The notes beneath the pieces are model-generated. The model had not been told where the DNA came from. It was given only the letters and a program-made list of their open reading frames with translations, and did no database searches. Source: Nitrospirales bacterium (GTDB lineage Bacteria; Nitrospirota; Nitrospiria; Nitrospirales; UBA8639). From it: a DNA stretch of 64,000 bases. Of this stretch, positions 40,025-51,326 are shown piece after piece. Location: assembly GCA_963555755.3 (NCBI GenBank), contig OY820905.2:3777196-3841195 (forward strand), read 5' to 3'. The position numbers were made by a program, and so were the translations under genes. Numbering within the stretch: the first letter of the stretch is position 1; every line of letters begins with the position of its first letter.

Positions 40025-40483
40025 ATGTCTTCCTATTGGCTCTTAAAGTCGGAACCCTCGGTGTTTTCGATTGATGATCTGGCCCACTCTCCTGGACAGA
40101 CTACATGTTGGGAAGGCGTGCGTAACTATCAGGCGCGAAATTTTTTGCGAGCCATGGCTGTAGGTGATCAGGCGTTTTTTTATCATAGTAATGCTGATCC
40201 CCCTTCAATCGTTGGGATTGTCAATATTGTCAAGGCGGCCTACCCGGATCGTTTTGCATGGGATTCTCGAAGCAAATACTTTGACCAGAAAAGTTCGCGT
40301 GACAATCCGGCCTGGTTTATGGTCGATGTCCAATTTGCGAAAAAATTTACCTTACCCTTACCCCTTGATACATTACGTGTTGTCAAAGGTTTGGAAAACA
40401 TGGAGTTATTACGAAAGGGATCACGATTGTCGGTGCAGCCAGTGCGTGAGCCAGAATGGAACGTCATTCTAACATTAGCCTAA
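40025..40483 (+). CDS. EVE domain protein
   Basis: YWLLKSEPSVFSIDDL, WEGVRNYQARNF, SRLSVQPV. Confidence 0.95.
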   Translation: MSSYWLLKSEPSVFSIDDLAHSPGQTTCWEGVRNYQARNFLRAMAVGDQAFFYHSNADPPSIVGIVNIVKAAYPDRFAWDSRSKYFDQKSSRDNPAWFMVDVQFAKKFTLPLPLDTLRVVKGLENMELLRKGSRLSVQPVREPEWNVILTLA

Positions 40484-40572
40484 ACGGAGGGTAGCTACTC
40501 AGGTGGATAGGCTGAAGGCCGAAGGTTTTTAGGGTCCAATCATGCGTGATCATCCAACACTTCGGATATTAT

Positions 40573-40786
40573 GGGGCTGTTGAATAATTCGCGTTAATAG
40601 CCAATACACGCTCCAGATGAGCCACCCATCGTCAGTGGGAGGGAATGTTCAAAAAAGCATGCCCTGAGTCTTTCCGAAGGGTCTATCCAGCAAGGCCGCA
40701 GCCCTTTTGACGCGCGGAGCGTACTCATAGTACGTGAGCACGGCAAAAGGGCGAGAACGCCGCTGGCGGCTTTTTTCAACATTCCC
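40573..40786 (+). mobile_element. MITE family G-A, TSD ATTAT, nested in a family L repeat (40496-40830)
   Basis: ATTAT at 40568-40572 and 40787-40791; the empty site with a single ATTAT is seen in the 39829-39944 copy. Confidence 0.9.
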
Positions 40787-40879
40787 ATTATGAGTGATAG
40801 CCTTCAGTCTTCAGCCTACATACCTGAGTAGTGACAACGGAGGGAAAAAACACGGTGAGGGAGAAGAGGGAAGTCTTAA

Positions 40880-40938
40880 GGGCACCTCTAAAAACCGTCC
40901 TTGCCCTCACAAAAAATGCCTGGTTTTTAGAGGTGCCC
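40880..40938. mobile_element. 59-bp internal-deletion derivative of the TTAA MITE
   Basis: Same termini as 24305-24445, TTAA on both sides. Confidence 0.85.
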
Positions 40939-40945
40939 TTAATAT

Positions 40946-41230
40946 TTAGGAAGAGCTCTCTTCGGGAAAAACTTGTGTGAATGGATGAACCTCGACCCGT
41001 TCAAAAATTCCATCTACAACATAGGGGTCTCCCTGGGCAAACGCTTCAGCTTCAGACAACGACTCGGCTTCGATAATAATGAGACTGCCAGCTTTGTCCG
41101 TGAAGGGGCCCGCGCATATGAGTCGCCCCTGGTCTTGGAGTTTCTTCAGACGTTCGAGGTGTGCTGGTCGGTGCGTGGGTCGTTTGGTCTGCCCTTCAGG
41201 GCCGTCCCAGCCGATGATGACAAATTTCAT
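40946..41230 (-). CDS. YciI family protein
   Basis: RPAHLERL...CAGP...GSLIII..S..EA...DPY. Confidence 0.92.
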   Translation of the reverse strand: MKFVIIGWDGPEGQTKRPTHRPAHLERLKKLQDQGRLICAGPFTDKAGSLIIIEAESLSEAEAFAQGDPYVVDGIFERVEVHPFTQVFPEESSS

Positions 41231-41321
41231 TGGGTTTCAGGTTCTCTATGTTGCACGAAATCGGTAGCCCTTTTTGGGCAATACATCTAAGAAGAGAAAT
41301 CAAGGTAAAAAAGACTCTCGG

Positions 41322-41738
41322 TTATTGGGTCCCTTCTGGAATAGCTTGTCGTTCCGAAAAACCTGTGGTGATTTCGTGCCACCATTCAATTTTGTCTTCA
41401 CCCAATTTCCAGCACAAATAGACAATTCGCCCGTCTAGCAAATAGGGAAAATCACAAAGTCCTAATTCCAGGTCTTTGACAATGACACCCATTTCTTGAA
41501 TGTTTCCAATATTTTCGTGCATGTTTTCGAGAGCCGTTACGTAGCGCGGTCCGACAACACTGCCTCCGCCATATTCCGCTTTGGCACAGGCCTTTGTAAT
41601 TTCGTCTTTGGTGTGAATGAGGATCGATCGACCATCTTTGGCTTTGGAGAGAAAGCTTTCGAGTTTGGGAATGAGAGCTGTCGCCTCGGCCAGTGTGAAC
41701 AGGCGATCATCCGATGTATCTTCGTCGTGTTGTGCCAT
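41322..41738 (-). CDS. DUF2203 family protein
   Basis: FTLAEATALIP, VKDLELGLCDFP, YLCWKLGE. Confidence 0.9.
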   Translation of the reverse strand: MAQHDEDTSDDRLFTLAEATALIPKLESFLSKAKDGRSILIHTKDEITKACAKAEYGGGSVVGPRYVTALENMHENIGNIQEMGVIVKDLELGLCDFPYLLDGRIVYLCWKLGEDKIEWWHEITTGFSERQAIPEGTQ

Positions 41739-42513
41739 GGGGAATTCTACAATTTATCAAAAGGCCTTTTTGGACAGGGCGTCAATCTTTCTTTTCTTTA
41801 TCATAACTGATTCTGCCTCGCAAATAGCGTTTTGTAGATGGCTGAATGCCCAAAAGTCCTTTGAAACAATAGCTTGGGCTTACCAAGGCTCTCATGATTC
41901 CCATGAAAGCTAGGCGTGTAGTGTGGAATTGGGGCAGATGAGAGCGTTTGGCAAGAACTGACAGAATCTCTACTAAAGTTCCATGAACGAATGTCCGAAA
42001 GAAACTATTGACAATATGGAGAGTCATGGTATACAAAATAATTGTACCTTCCACTTACTCACAAGGAATTCACCTTCTTCCTACATGACTTTCCGTTTCT
42101 GCTAAAGCCCATTCTCGTTCTAAACGTTTATAGCCACTAAACATTTCGTTACTTATGATTATTGCTTTACATTTTCATTCGCATACTCGTCTATGATGAA
42201 GGAATTGAGGAGCTCAAGGTATTATGTTGACTGACTCAACACTACATGCGTGTTCTTTGCCTGCTGGGATTGTCTGACTTCATACCTTAAAAGACTCCAT
42301 ATTCAATGTATCTGTCATCCATCAGGGACAAAATGTTCATTGTCCCCCCCAAAAAATTATCGCGAATTGAGATCGTAAATATCCATTCACCACAGATGGA
42401 CCTTTCTGTGGATGTGAGAAGAAATGGATAGAGAGAACCCATCGTAGGATCCAAACCAGGACAGCATTGACAATACCATCCTACCCATTAAATACCCACC
42501 CTAGGAGAAGCAC

Positions 42514-43764
42514 ATGCACCTCGCCGAATTAAAACAGAAAAACATTGGTGATCTCGCCGAACTCGCTCGCACCTTGAAGGTTGATGGAGCAGCGAATTTG
42601 CGCAAACAGGAACTTATTTTTGCCATACTCCAAGGCCAGTCAGAGAAGAATGGAGTGATTTTTGGAGAAGGAGTGCTAGAATCCTTGTCAGATGGGTTTG
42701 GGTTTCTTCGTGCGCCGGATTCAAATTATTTGCCGGGGCCTGACGATATTTATATCTCCCCTTCGCAAATCCGTCGATTTAGTCTTCGGACCGGCGACAT
42801 TGTGTCGGGCCAAATTCGGCCACCAAAAGACGGGGAGCGCTACTTCGCGTTACTCAAGGTTGAGAAAATCAATTTTGACGAACCGGAAATGCAGCGGGAC
42901 AAGATTCTCTTTGATAACCTGACCCCACTCTATCCTGAGCAACGGATTGAGCTAGAGTTTGATCCGGAAGAGTACTGTACGCGAATAATGGACCTCACGA
43001 CGCCAATCGGGATGGGGCAACGCGGACTGATTGTCGCCGCACCGCGAACAGGAAAGACCATGCTGCTTCAAGCCATTGCCCGCGCGATATTGACCAATCA
43101 TCCGGAAACGGTGCTGATTGTCCTGTTGATTGATGAGCGGCCAGAAGAAGTCACGGATTGGCAACGGCAGGTGAAAAAAGCCGAAGTCATCAGCTCGACG
43201 TTTGATGAGCCGGCCCAACGTCATGCGCAAGTGGCAGAAATTGTCATGGAAAAAGCCAAACGATTGGTGGAGCACAAACGGGATGTGGTCATTCTTCTGG
43301 ATAGCATTACACGCTTGGCCCGAGCCTATAACTCGATTGCTCCGCCGAGTGGGAAGGTGTTGTCCGGAGGTCTTGATTCAAACGCCTTGCAACGCCCCAA
43401 ACGATTCTTCGGCGCCGCTCGGAATATTGAATTTGGCGGGAGTCTCACCATTATGGCCACGGCCTTGGTGGACACCGGGAGCCGGATGGATGATGTGATT
43501 TTTGAGGAGTTTAAAGGTACGGGTAATATGGAAGTCCACCTCGATCGTCGGTTGGCCGACAAGCGAATCTTCCCGGCCATTGACATTAGTCAATCCGGCA
43601 CCAGAAAAGAAGAACTTCTTGTTGATCGTGATCGATTAAACAAGATGTGGATTTTGCGAAAGGTTCTGAGCCCGCTTGGGACCATGGAGGCCATGGAGTT
43701 TCTCATGGATAAAATGGCAGGCACCAAGACCAATCAGGAATTTTTGCAGTCGATGAATCGCTAA
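42514..43764 (+). CDS. rho: Transcription termination factor Rho
   Basis: [40 protein letters not shown]. Confidence 0.99.
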   Translation: MHLAELKQKNIGDLAELARTLKVDGAANLRKQELIFAILQGQSEKNGVIFGEGVLESLSDGFGFLRAPDSNYLPGPDDIYISPSQIRRFSLRTGDIVSGQIRPPKDGERYFALLKVEKINFDEPEMQRDKILFDNLTPLYPEQRIELEFDPEEYCTRIMDLTTPIGMGQRGLIVAAPRTGKTMLLQAIARAILTNHPETVLIVLLIDERPEEVTDWQRQVKKAEVISSTFDEPAQRHAQVAEIVMEKAKRLVEHKRDVVILLDSITRLARAYNSIAPPSGKVLSGGLDSNALQRPKRFFGAARNIEFGGSLTIMATALVDTGSRMDDVIFEEFKGTGNMEVHLDRRLADKRIFPAIDISQSGTRKEELLVDRDRLNKMWILRKVLSPLGTMEAMEFLMDKMAGTKTNQEFLQSMNR

Positions 43765-43865
43765 TAATTTTTGACAGGCTCCTAGCAACATCCTGCCAGT
43801 TTTGCCAACCACCCGTCATTCATGGTACACATACTGGGTACACTTCAAAGTGTGACGTTTGCGAA

Positions 43866-44022
43866 GGACTCGCGCGAGAATACCTTTCCCTGTTTGGGTG
43901 CTGAGGCACCTGTCTGGCAAGGCGCGAGGACTGCGCATACTCTTCGTATGGAAAGGACGAGCAACGCCGCCAGACGAGATGGATCGACGCACAAACAGGG
44001 GAAGTTATTTTTGCGCGAGCCC
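43866..44022. mobile_element. 157-bp MITE-like element with a diverged ERIC-like core
   Basis: Inverted ends GGACTCGCGCGAGAATA/TATTTTTGCGCGAGCCC; core GCAAGGCG..GCATAC-loop-GTATG..AACGCCGC. Confidence 0.7.
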
Positions 44023-44040
44023 TAAAGGAGACTTTTTGTA

Positions 44041-44250
44041 ATGAAAGCAGGGATTCATCCAGATTACCGCGAGGCGACCGTGAGTTGTGCATGTGGTGCG
44101 AAATTTCAAACTCGTTCCACAGTCGGAAACCTCAAGCTCGATATTTGTTCCAGTTGCCACCCCTTCTTTACCGGAACCCAAAAAATTGTAGATGCGGAAG
44201 GGCGTGTGGAACGGTTCAGGAAAAGATACGCGAAAAAAGCCAAGGCTTAA
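44041..44250 (+). CDS. rpmE: 50S ribosomal protein L31
   Basis: [26 protein letters not shown]. Confidence 0.98.
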   Translation: MKAGIHPDYREATVSCACGAKFQTRSTVGNLKLDICSSCHPFFTGTQKIVDAEGRVERFRKRYAKKAKA

Positions 44251-44540
44251 GAGCCTGTCCCAGATTAGCCGAATCTACTGCGGATGTGCTGGAGGTGGCC
44301 AGATGTTCCGATCCTTTTCGGGGAATGTTGAAAAAGACCGCCAGCTGCGTTCTCGGGCTTTTGGCGTGCTCACGTACTCCGTGTACGCTCCGCGCGCTAA
44401 AAGCCCTGCGGCCTTGCTGGACGGCCTTTTTGAACATTACCCGTTTTCGTTGAATAGTCCCACTATTCGCCTCAAACGATCGAAACATCTGACTCAAACC
44501 AGCACATCCTCGTGACGATCGATAATCTCGGACAGGCTCC
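44250..44540. mobile_element. MITE family H (GGAGCCTGTC termini, TA target) with a central ERIC-like core
   Basis: TA|AGAGCCTGTCC...GGACAGGCTCC|TA at the rpmE stop codon. Confidence 0.85.
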
Positions 44541-44618
44541 TAGCCCCCTCAGCATTATTCGAGACCTCAGTAATTCGTCAGGTTTTCGCGAAACCTCATC
44601 TGCTTCCCAGCTGTCACT

Positions 44619-45740
44619 ATGTCCGGAGATCAGAAGGATAATGCTCAAGTTGAGGGATGGCTTTCTCAATGGGAAGCTGTGGCCAATCGGTATGAGAATT
44701 TAACCCACCAATTGGCCGATCCGGCTGTTTTGAATCAAACCTCATTGTTGGTTTCCATCAATAAAGAACGAGCCGAGCTCGAAGACACGAGCCAACTCTT
44801 TTATCGTCATCAGGCTCTGTTGACAGATATTCAGAACACCACACGTATGCTGGGCGATGCGCAGCTTGAGCCCGAGTTGCGGGAGTTGGGTGAAGAGGAA
44901 CTTGAGTCCTTACGCGCGCAACGCCAGGATATTGAACGGCAGGCGCTGGAATTGTTGCATCCCAAAAATGCCGAAGACGATAAAAACTCATTTATCGAAA
45001 TTCGAGCCGGAACCGGGGGGGAGGAAGCCGCATTGTTTGCGGCAGCCCTTCTGCGTATGTATGTTCGCTATGCCGAGAAAAAAGGGTTGCGCGTGGAAAT
45101 GGTCGATTCGAGTGAAACGGGAATCGGTGGAATCAAGGAAGCGGTGTTTCTTGTTGAGGGGAAAGGAGCCTACGGGTGCTTCCGCTACGAAAGTGGCGTG
45201 CATCGTGTTCAGCGTGTGCCAACCACCGAGGCCAGTGGCCGCATTCATACGTCCACCGCGACAGTGGCGGTGATGCCTGAAGTCGAAGAGGTCGATGTGC
45301 ACATCGACCCGAAGGACTTGCGAATCGATACATTCTGCTCGTCGGGTGCCGGTGGCCAAAGTGTAAATACCACATACTCGGCTGTGCGTATTACTCATAT
45401 CCCCACAGGCGTGGTGGTGTCCTGTCAAGATGAACGGTCGCAATTAAAAAATCGCGAAAAAGCCATGCGAACCTTGCGATCAAGAATTGGTGATGCTGAA
45501 CGGGCCAAGCAGGAAGCCTCAATCGCCGAGCATCGACGCTCTCAGGTGGGAACGGGAGAGCGAAGTGAAAAAGTTCGCACCTATAATTATCCGCAAAATC
45601 GGATTACCGACCATCGGATTGGCTTGAGTCTTCATAAACTGGAAGCGATTCTCGATGGCGATCTTGATGAACTCGTTGAAACATTACAAGCGGCGAGTGA
45701 AGTGGAGTCGCTTCGCCAAGACGGCATGAACAAAGCTTAA
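44619..45740 (+). CDS. prfA: Peptide chain release factor 1
   Basis: GVHRVQRVPTTE (PxT), GAGGQ. Confidence 0.97.
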   Translation: MSGDQKDNAQVEGWLSQWEAVANRYENLTHQLADPAVLNQTSLLVSINKERAELEDTSQLFYRHQALLTDIQNTTRMLGDAQLEPELRELGEEELESLRAQRQDIERQALELLHPKNAEDDKNSFIEIRAGTGGEEAALFAAALLRMYVRYAEKKGLRVEMVDSSETGIGGIKEAVFLVEGKGAYGCFRYESGVHRVQRVPTTEASGRIHTSTATVAVMPEVEEVDVHIDPKDLRIDTFCSSGAGGQSVNTTYSAVRITHIPTGVVVSCQDERSQLKNREKAMRTLRSRIGDAERAKQEASIAEHRRSQVGTGERSEKVRTYNYPQNRITDHRIGLSLHKLEAILDGDLDELVETLQAASEVESLRQDGMNKA

Positions 45741-45744
45741 AATT

Positions 45745-46671
45745 ATGGTTTCTTTAGACGTGATTTCCGATTCGATTCACAGATCTCTTTACCAGGAGAC
45801 CCCCGTGACCTATGCTGTGGGTTATCGAGAAGGTGTATCCCTGTTATCGAACGCTGGTGTGTCCAATGCAAAGAATGAAGCCTTGTGGTTACTGGAAACA
45901 GCTTGGGGGATTTCGAGTGTAGACCTTCATACCGAACCCCAAACGATTGTGGCTGAATCGTCTTGGTCTGGAGCCAAAGAGTTATTTCTTAGACGTGCCG
46001 CGGGAGAGCCTCTTCAGTATATTCTCGGTACTCAGGCATTTCGCGGTTTGAACATTGCTGTGCGGCCAGGCGTCCTCATCCCGCGGCCTGAAACGGAACT
46101 TATCATTGAAGAGGTGCATTCCGTTCGGCTTTCTCACAATAGTCTTCCCATGGCGGATGTGGGAACGGGGTCTGGCTGTCTTTCCATCGCCTTGGCGGCA
46201 GAGTTTCCTGAATCGACGATTTTTGCAACGGATTGTTCTGACGTCGCCATTGAAGTGGCCAAGTCCAATGCGAGTCGGCACAGGGTTCAAGAGCGGATCA
46301 GGTTTCTGTGTGGCGACTTGCTGGAGCCTTTGACATCGTGCCCGGAACTCAAAGCCGGCCTTTCGGTCATTGTGGCGAACCCTCCGTATATCCCGACTCG
46401 TGAACTTGACACTCTTCCACGTGAAGTTCGAGACTTCGAACCCCAACTTGCGTTTGATGGCGGAGCCGATGGCCTTTTCTTCTATCGAAGGCTGCTTCGT
46501 GAAGCCCTGTTGTTTTTACAGCCAGGCGGGAGCCTGGTGATGGAAATGGGAGAAGGTCAGGCTCTTCATATCCGTGAAGAAGCTGAACGTCTGTCTGGAT
46601 GGCATATTCAAAACATTCGACAAGATGATGCGGGCATTGATCGTATCATTTCCCTGAAGCGGAAGGGCTAG
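45745..46671 (+). CDS. prmC: Release factor glutamine methyltransferase
   Basis: GEPLQYILG, LIPRPETE, DVGTGSG, NPPY. Confidence 0.96.
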   Translation: MVSLDVISDSIHRSLYQETPVTYAVGYREGVSLLSNAGVSNAKNEALWLLETAWGISSVDLHTEPQTIVAESSWSGAKELFLRRAAGEPLQYILGTQAFRGLNIAVRPGVLIPRPETELIIEEVHSVRLSHNSLPMADVGTGSGCLSIALAAEFPESTIFATDCSDVAIEVAKSNASRHRVQERIRFLCGDLLEPLTSCPELKAGLSVIVANPPYIPTRELDTLPREVRDFEPQLAFDGGADGLFFYRRLLREALLFLQPGGSLVMEMGEGQALHIREEAERLSGWHIQNIRQDDAGIDRIISLKRKG

Positions 46672-46677
46672 AAACAG

Positions 46678-47937
46678 GTGACGCGAATTACGATTACAGG
46701 AAGACGACAATTAACAGGTCAGGTGCAGGCTGCCGGGGCAAAAAACGCGGCATTGCCGATTCTTGCGTCCACGCTGCTGGGGGGTGGGGACTGTCAGATT
46801 ACCAATCTTCCGCAGGTTCGTGACGTTGCCACGATGAATACGTTGCTGAGTCTTATCGGTGCCTCCGTGAAACAAGATGGAAATCAGGTAGTGATCAATA
46901 CCGACACGGTCCAATCGTTCGAAGCCCCTTATGATCTCGTGAAAACCATGCGCGCGTCCGTGCTGGTTTTGGGCCCATTGTTGGCCCGGTTTGGTGAAGC
47001 GATCGTGTCCCTTCCCGGAGGTTGCGCGATTGGCTCAAGGCCGGTGAATCTTCATCTTGATGGTTTCAAAAAACTCGGGGCGACGATTGAGCTGGAACAC
47101 GGGTATATTCGTGCTCATACCACCGGGCTGAAGGGCCAACGGATTGATTTGGAAACGCCAACAGTCACGGGAACGGAAAATCTGATAATGGCCGCATGTT
47201 TGGCAAAGGGGACGACAATTATTAATAATGCGGCGATGGAGCCGGAGATTGAAGATCTCGCCAATTTTCTCAACACGCGAGGGGCAGACATTATGGGAGC
47301 GGCGACTGGCCGTATCCTGATCGAGGGCGTCTCGCAACTTCACGGAGCCGAGTATACCGTTATGCCAGACCGAATCGAAACCGGGACCTATTTGATCGCC
47401 GGCATGGTGACGGGCGGAGACGTTGAAGTGCATCATTGCATTCCTAGGCATCTTGATTCCCTGATTTCCAAGCTTCGGGAATGTGGCGCGGAGGTTCATG
47501 AGACAACTGATTCGATCAGAGTCAAAGCTCCCAAACGGATTCAAGCTTTGGACGTACAAACCTTTCCGTATCCCAGGTTCCCAACGGATCTCCAGGCTCA
47601 GATGATGGCGATGATGTCCGTGGCCGATGGCACCAGTGTCATTACCGAGAATGTATTCGAAGGTCGGTATCTTCATGTGCCTGAACTGCAACGAATGGGA
47701 GCGTCAATTACGGTGGATGGATCGCGAGCGGTGGTCAAAGGAGTCCCGCAGCTCACGGGAGCCCAGGTGATGGCCTCTGACCTTCGAGCCAGTGCCGGGC
47801 TAGTATTGGCAGCCTTGGCCGCTGAGGGCGAAACCCAGATTACCAGGGTGTACCATCTTGAACGTGGCTATGAGCGAATGGAAGATAAACTTCAGGGATT
47901 AGGAGCCATGGTGCATCGGGAGCCTGCATCCCCATGA
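46678..47937 (+). CDS. murA: UDP-N-acetylglucosamine 1-carboxyvinyltransferase
   Basis: GAKNAALP, MRASVLVLGP, PGGCAIGSRP, FPTDLQAQ. Confidence 0.98.
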   Translation: MTRITITGRRQLTGQVQAAGAKNAALPILASTLLGGGDCQITNLPQVRDVATMNTLLSLIGASVKQDGNQVVINTDTVQSFEAPYDLVKTMRASVLVLGPLLARFGEAIVSLPGGCAIGSRPVNLHLDGFKKLGATIELEHGYIRAHTTGLKGQRIDLETPTVTGTENLIMAACLAKGTTIINNAAMEPEIEDLANFLNTRGADIMGAATGRILIEGVSQLHGAEYTVMPDRIETGTYLIAGMVTGGDVEVHHCIPRHLDSLISKLRECGAEVHETTDSIRVKAPKRIQALDVQTFPYPRFPTDLQAQMMAMMSVADGTSVITENVFEGRYLHVPELQRMGASITVDGSRAVVKGVPQLTGAQVMASDLRASAGLVLAALAAEGETQITRVYHLERGYERMEDKLQGLGAMVHREPASP

Positions 47938-48584
47938 GTGAAACCGTGATTGTGGCCCTATCAAAGGGGAAGCTGCTTGATCCGACGATCGAACTCTTTC
48001 GCCAAGCCGGGTATGCTGGGCCAGACCTGTCTTCTGACCCAAGACGGCTAATTTTTGAGGTTCCGCAGTCCGGATTGACGTTTCTCATTGTGCGGCCCAC
48101 TGATGTGCCAACCTATGTTGAGCATGGAGCTGCAGATGTCGGGATCGCCGGGAAGGATTTGCTTCTGGAACAACAGAGCGATGTGCATGAACCGTTAGAC
48201 TTACGCATTGGCGGGTGTCGTATTGCTGTTGCCGGATTGCAAGGCTGTGATATGCCGACGCGATTATCTTCAAAATTGCGGGTGGCCACCAAATATCCCA
48301 ACATCACTGAATGGTATTTCAATCAACAGGGGATTCCGGTAGAAATCATTAAACTGTACGGGTCCATGGAACTTGCGCCGGTGGTGGGGTTGGCTGATCG
48401 CATTGTGGACTTGGTATCAAGCGGACAAACGTTGAAGGCCAATAACCTGAAAGAAACGGAGGTGATTGCGTGGTCAACGGCCCGGTTGATTGTGAATCGT
48501 GCCAGCCTCAAAATGAAGCATCAGGTGATTTCCCAAATGATTGAGAGGCTACGCAAATGCCGACCCAAGACGATGCCACGTTAA
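47934..48584 (+). CDS. hisG: ATP phosphoribosyltransferase, short form (HisZ-dependent)
   Basis: ALSKG, RPTDVPTYVE.GAADVGI.G.D, VATKYP, GSMELAP; 216 aa. Confidence 0.96.
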   Translation: MSETVIVALSKGKLLDPTIELFRQAGYAGPDLSSDPRRLIFEVPQSGLTFLIVRPTDVPTYVEHGAADVGIAGKDLLLEQQSDVHEPLDLRIGGCRIAVAGLQGCDMPTRLSSKLRVATKYPNITEWYFNQQGIPVEIIKLYGSMELAPVVGLADRIVDLVSSGQTLKANNLKETEVIAWSTARLIVNRASLKMKHQVISQMIERLRKCRPKTMPR

Positions 48585-48592
48585 TTTTTTTC

Positions 48593-48682
48593 GTGAAGCG
48601 TGAAGCGGAAGAGACAGTTAAGGGTGCTATTTCCCTTTTTTTCTCATTACGCATGACGCATCACGCATTACTCATTACGAAA
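48593..48682. repeat. Inverted heptamer arrays (empty hairpin) between hisG and hisD
   Basis: CGTGAAGCGTGAAGC ... TTACGCATGACGCATCACGCATTAC. Confidence 0.75.
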
Positions 48683-48714
48683 TAAGCCTTGCTACGCAGT
48701 CCCTTAAGGCGATT

Positions 48715-49998
48715 ATGAAAATCATTTCACATAACGATCGAGAGTTTAAAAAAACCCTGGATCAGGTGTGCCGTCGCGGGTCTCAACAAAATGCTAAGAT
48801 TGAGGCTCGGGTCAAACGAATTCTTCGATCCGTGGAAAGAGCCGGAGATGCTGCCGTTTGTCGATATGTGAAGCAATTTGACGGTCTTCGTCTACGTCCG
48901 AACGAATTTCAGGTGAAGAAAGACGAGATCGAGCAAGCCTATCAACACATTGGCAAACAGGAGCGCAATGCCCTTCGAATGGCCGCGAAACGCATTCGGT
49001 CATTTCATGAGCGTCAACGTGTTTCGACTTGGATGCATACGGAAAAAGGCGTGAAGCTTGGTCAACTCATTTCGCCTTTGGACGTGGTAGGTCTCTATGT
49101 GCCTGGGGGCAAAGCGTTGTATCCTTCGACCGTGTTGATGAACGCGGTCCCTGCGAAGGTGGCTGGGGTGAAGCGGGTGATCATGTGTACGCCGACGGCC
49201 AGTGGTGAAATTCACCCATATTTACTCGTTGCCGCGGATGTGGCTGGTGTCGATGAAATTTATCGTATCGGTGGTGTGCAGGCTATCGGGGCGATGGCGT
49301 ATGGGACCCAGCACATTCCCAAGACGGATAAAATTGTTGGGCCAGGCAATATGTATGTGGCCGCGGCCAAACGTGTGGTGTATGGGACCGTCGGGATCGA
49401 TATGATCGCTGGTCCCAGTGAGTTATTGGTGATCGCGGATGACACGGCAAACCCCGTGCATTGTGCTGCCGACTTGTTGTGTGAAGCCGAACATGATGAA
49501 GAAGCGCGCGTGTATCTCGTGACTCCTTCTGCTAGCATAGCCAAAGCGGTGGTCAAGGAGGTTGCCAAGCAGTTAGCCAGATTAAGTCGAAAGCAGATTG
49601 CGACGCATTCCGTGGGGCAGTATGCTATAGCCTTTGTGACGTCAACGATGGAACAGGCGTTTGATGTCGCGAATGCCATTGCAGCGGAGCATCTCGAATT
49701 ATTGGTGACACGTCCCTTTCAGGCATTAAAAAAAGTGCGGCATGCCGGAGCGGTCTTCGTGGGGGCGTATACGCCCCCCGCAGTCGCGGATTATGTGGCC
49801 GGTCCCAATCATGTTCTCCCGACAGGAGGGTCCGCTCGCTTCTTTTCCGCGTTGTCTCTGGATGATTATGTGAAGAAAACCAATATTGTGGCGTATAACA
49901 AAAAACAGCTCAAAGCGGTTCAACCGTACGTGACCTGTTTGGCAGGGATGGAAGGGTTTCAAGCCCATGCACGTTCTATAGAAAGTCGGAATTTATGA
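48715..49998 (+). CDS. hisD: Histidinol dehydrogenase
   Basis: [37 protein letters not shown]. Confidence 0.98.
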   Translation: MKIISHNDREFKKTLDQVCRRGSQQNAKIEARVKRILRSVERAGDAAVCRYVKQFDGLRLRPNEFQVKKDEIEQAYQHIGKQERNALRMAAKRIRSFHERQRVSTWMHTEKGVKLGQLISPLDVVGLYVPGGKALYPSTVLMNAVPAKVAGVKRVIMCTPTASGEIHPYLLVAADVAGVDEIYRIGGVQAIGAMAYGTQHIPKTDKIVGPGNMYVAAAKRVVYGTVGIDMIAGPSELLVIADDTANPVHCAADLLCEAEHDEEARVYLVTPSASIAKAVVKEVAKQLARLSRKQIATHSVGQYAIAFVTSTMEQAFDVANAIAAEHLELLVTRPFQALKKVRHAGAVFVGAYTPPAVADYVAGPNHVLPTGGSARFFSALSLDDYVKKTNIVAYNKKQLKAVQPYVTCLAGMEGFQAHARSIESRNL

Positions 49999-50597
49999 AC
50001 ATGTCGAAAAACTCTCGTTGGGGCAAGATCGAACGAACCACTTCTGAAACATCAGTGTGCGCGGAATGGGGTTTGGATGGGACGGGTACTGGAAAGATCG
50101 ACACGACGATTCCATTCGTTGACCACATGCTGAACTTGTTGGCTAAGCATGGCTTATTTGATTTGACCGTGGAGGCCAAGGGCGATACGGAAATTGATCA
50201 TCACCACACCGTGGAAGATGTTGGCCTTGTCCTTGGATTGGCCCTGAAGGAAGCGTTGGGTGAGAAGTCTCAAATACGTCGGTTTGGGTGGGCCATCGTT
50301 CCCCTCGATGAGACCTTAGCAGAAGTCGTGGTCGATCTGAGTGGCCGCCCATTCCTCGTGTATAACGTCGAGTTTCCTCATCGTCAGATAAAGGATTTTG
50401 ACCTTGGTTTGTTTGAAGACTTTTTTCAGGCCTTGGTGACCCAGGGTGCATTGAATCTTCACATCAATCTGAAGTATGGGCGAAACCCGCATCATATTAT
50501 TGAGGCGGTGTTTAAAGCTTTCGCCAAGGCCCTGGATCAAGCGACCACCATAGATGATAGAGTTTCAGGTGTTCTATCCACGAAAGGTTCTTTGTAA
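49995..50597 (+). CDS. hisB: Imidazoleglycerol-phosphate dehydratase
   Basis: [25 protein letters not shown]. Confidence 0.98.
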   Translation: MNMSKNSRWGKIERTTSETSVCAEWGLDGTGTGKIDTTIPFVDHMLNLLAKHGLFDLTVEAKGDTEIDHHHTVEDVGLVLGLALKEALGEKSQIRRFGWAIVPLDETLAEVVVDLSGRPFLVYNVEFPHRQIKDFDLGLFEDFFQALVTQGALNLHINLKYGRNPHHIIEAVFKAFAKALDQATTIDDRVSGVLSTKGSL

Positions 50598-50599
50598 TA

Positions 50600-50698
50600 G
50601 AAGCGTGATGCGTGAAGCGTAAACCGTGATGCGAATAAGATTAAAATATAAATCAATCCTTCTACACGCATTACGCATCACGCATCACGCATCACGGG
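50600..50698. repeat. Inverted heptamer arrays (empty hairpin) between hisB and hisH
   Basis: CGTGATGCGTGAAGCG ... CGCATTACGCATCACGCATCACGCATCACG. Confidence 0.8.
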
Positions 50699-50705
50699 TC
50701 CCGAA

Positions 50706-51326
50706 ATGATTGCTATCATTGACTATGAAATGGGAAATCTTCGGAGCGTTCAAAAAGGCTTCGAAACCGTTGGGTATGATGCCATAGTCACGCGGGACCC
50801 AGCAGTCATTGACCGAGCCTCTCATGTGGTATTGCCAGGGGTCGGCGCGTTTGGCGATTGTGTGGCAAATCTCAATCGGTTCGAGTTAGTGGAACCCCTC
50901 CGTCGTTCCATCTCTCAAGGAAAGCCGTTTTTAGGAATTTGTTTAGGCCTGCAAGTGTTGTTTACGGAAAGCGAGGAGTTTGGCTCCCATCAGGGGTTGG
51001 ATATTTTTAAAGGCAAGGTCAAACGTTTTTCTTTTGCCGAGCACCACGGGAAGGGCTTAAAGGTTCCTCATATGGGATGGAATGCCATTCGTATCCAGAC
51101 TCCGAGTCCGCTTCTGAAGGGAATCGAACCTGAGTCGTATGTCTATTTTGTGCATTCGTATTATGTCGAACCGGCGGAGTCAGAGGTGATCTGTACGGAA
51201 ACGACCTATGGGATTCCGTTTGTCTCGAGTATCGCACATGACAATATTTTTGCCTGCCAATTCCATCCGGAAAAAAGCCAACGCATCGGTCTTCAACTTC
51301 TTCGCAACTTTGGAGCATGGAATTGA
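50706..51326 (+). CDS. hisH: IGP synthase glutaminase subunit
   Basis: PGVGAF, GICLG, HMGWN, QFHPEKS. Confidence 0.98.
   Translation: MIAIIDYEMGNLRSVQKGFETVGYDAIVTRDPAVIDRASHVVLPGVGAFGDCVANLNRFELVEPLRRSISQGKPFLGICLGLQVLFTESEEFGSHQGLDIFKGKVKRFSFAEHHGKGLKVPHMGWNAIRIQTPSPLLKGIEPESYVYFVHSYYVEPAESEVICTETTYGIPFVSSIAHDNIFACQFHPEKSQRIGLQLLRNFGAWN

Noticed and set aside
41782-42054. 90-aa ORF upstream of DUF2203
   Set aside because: No recognisable motif or RBS; it probably covers promoter sequence.
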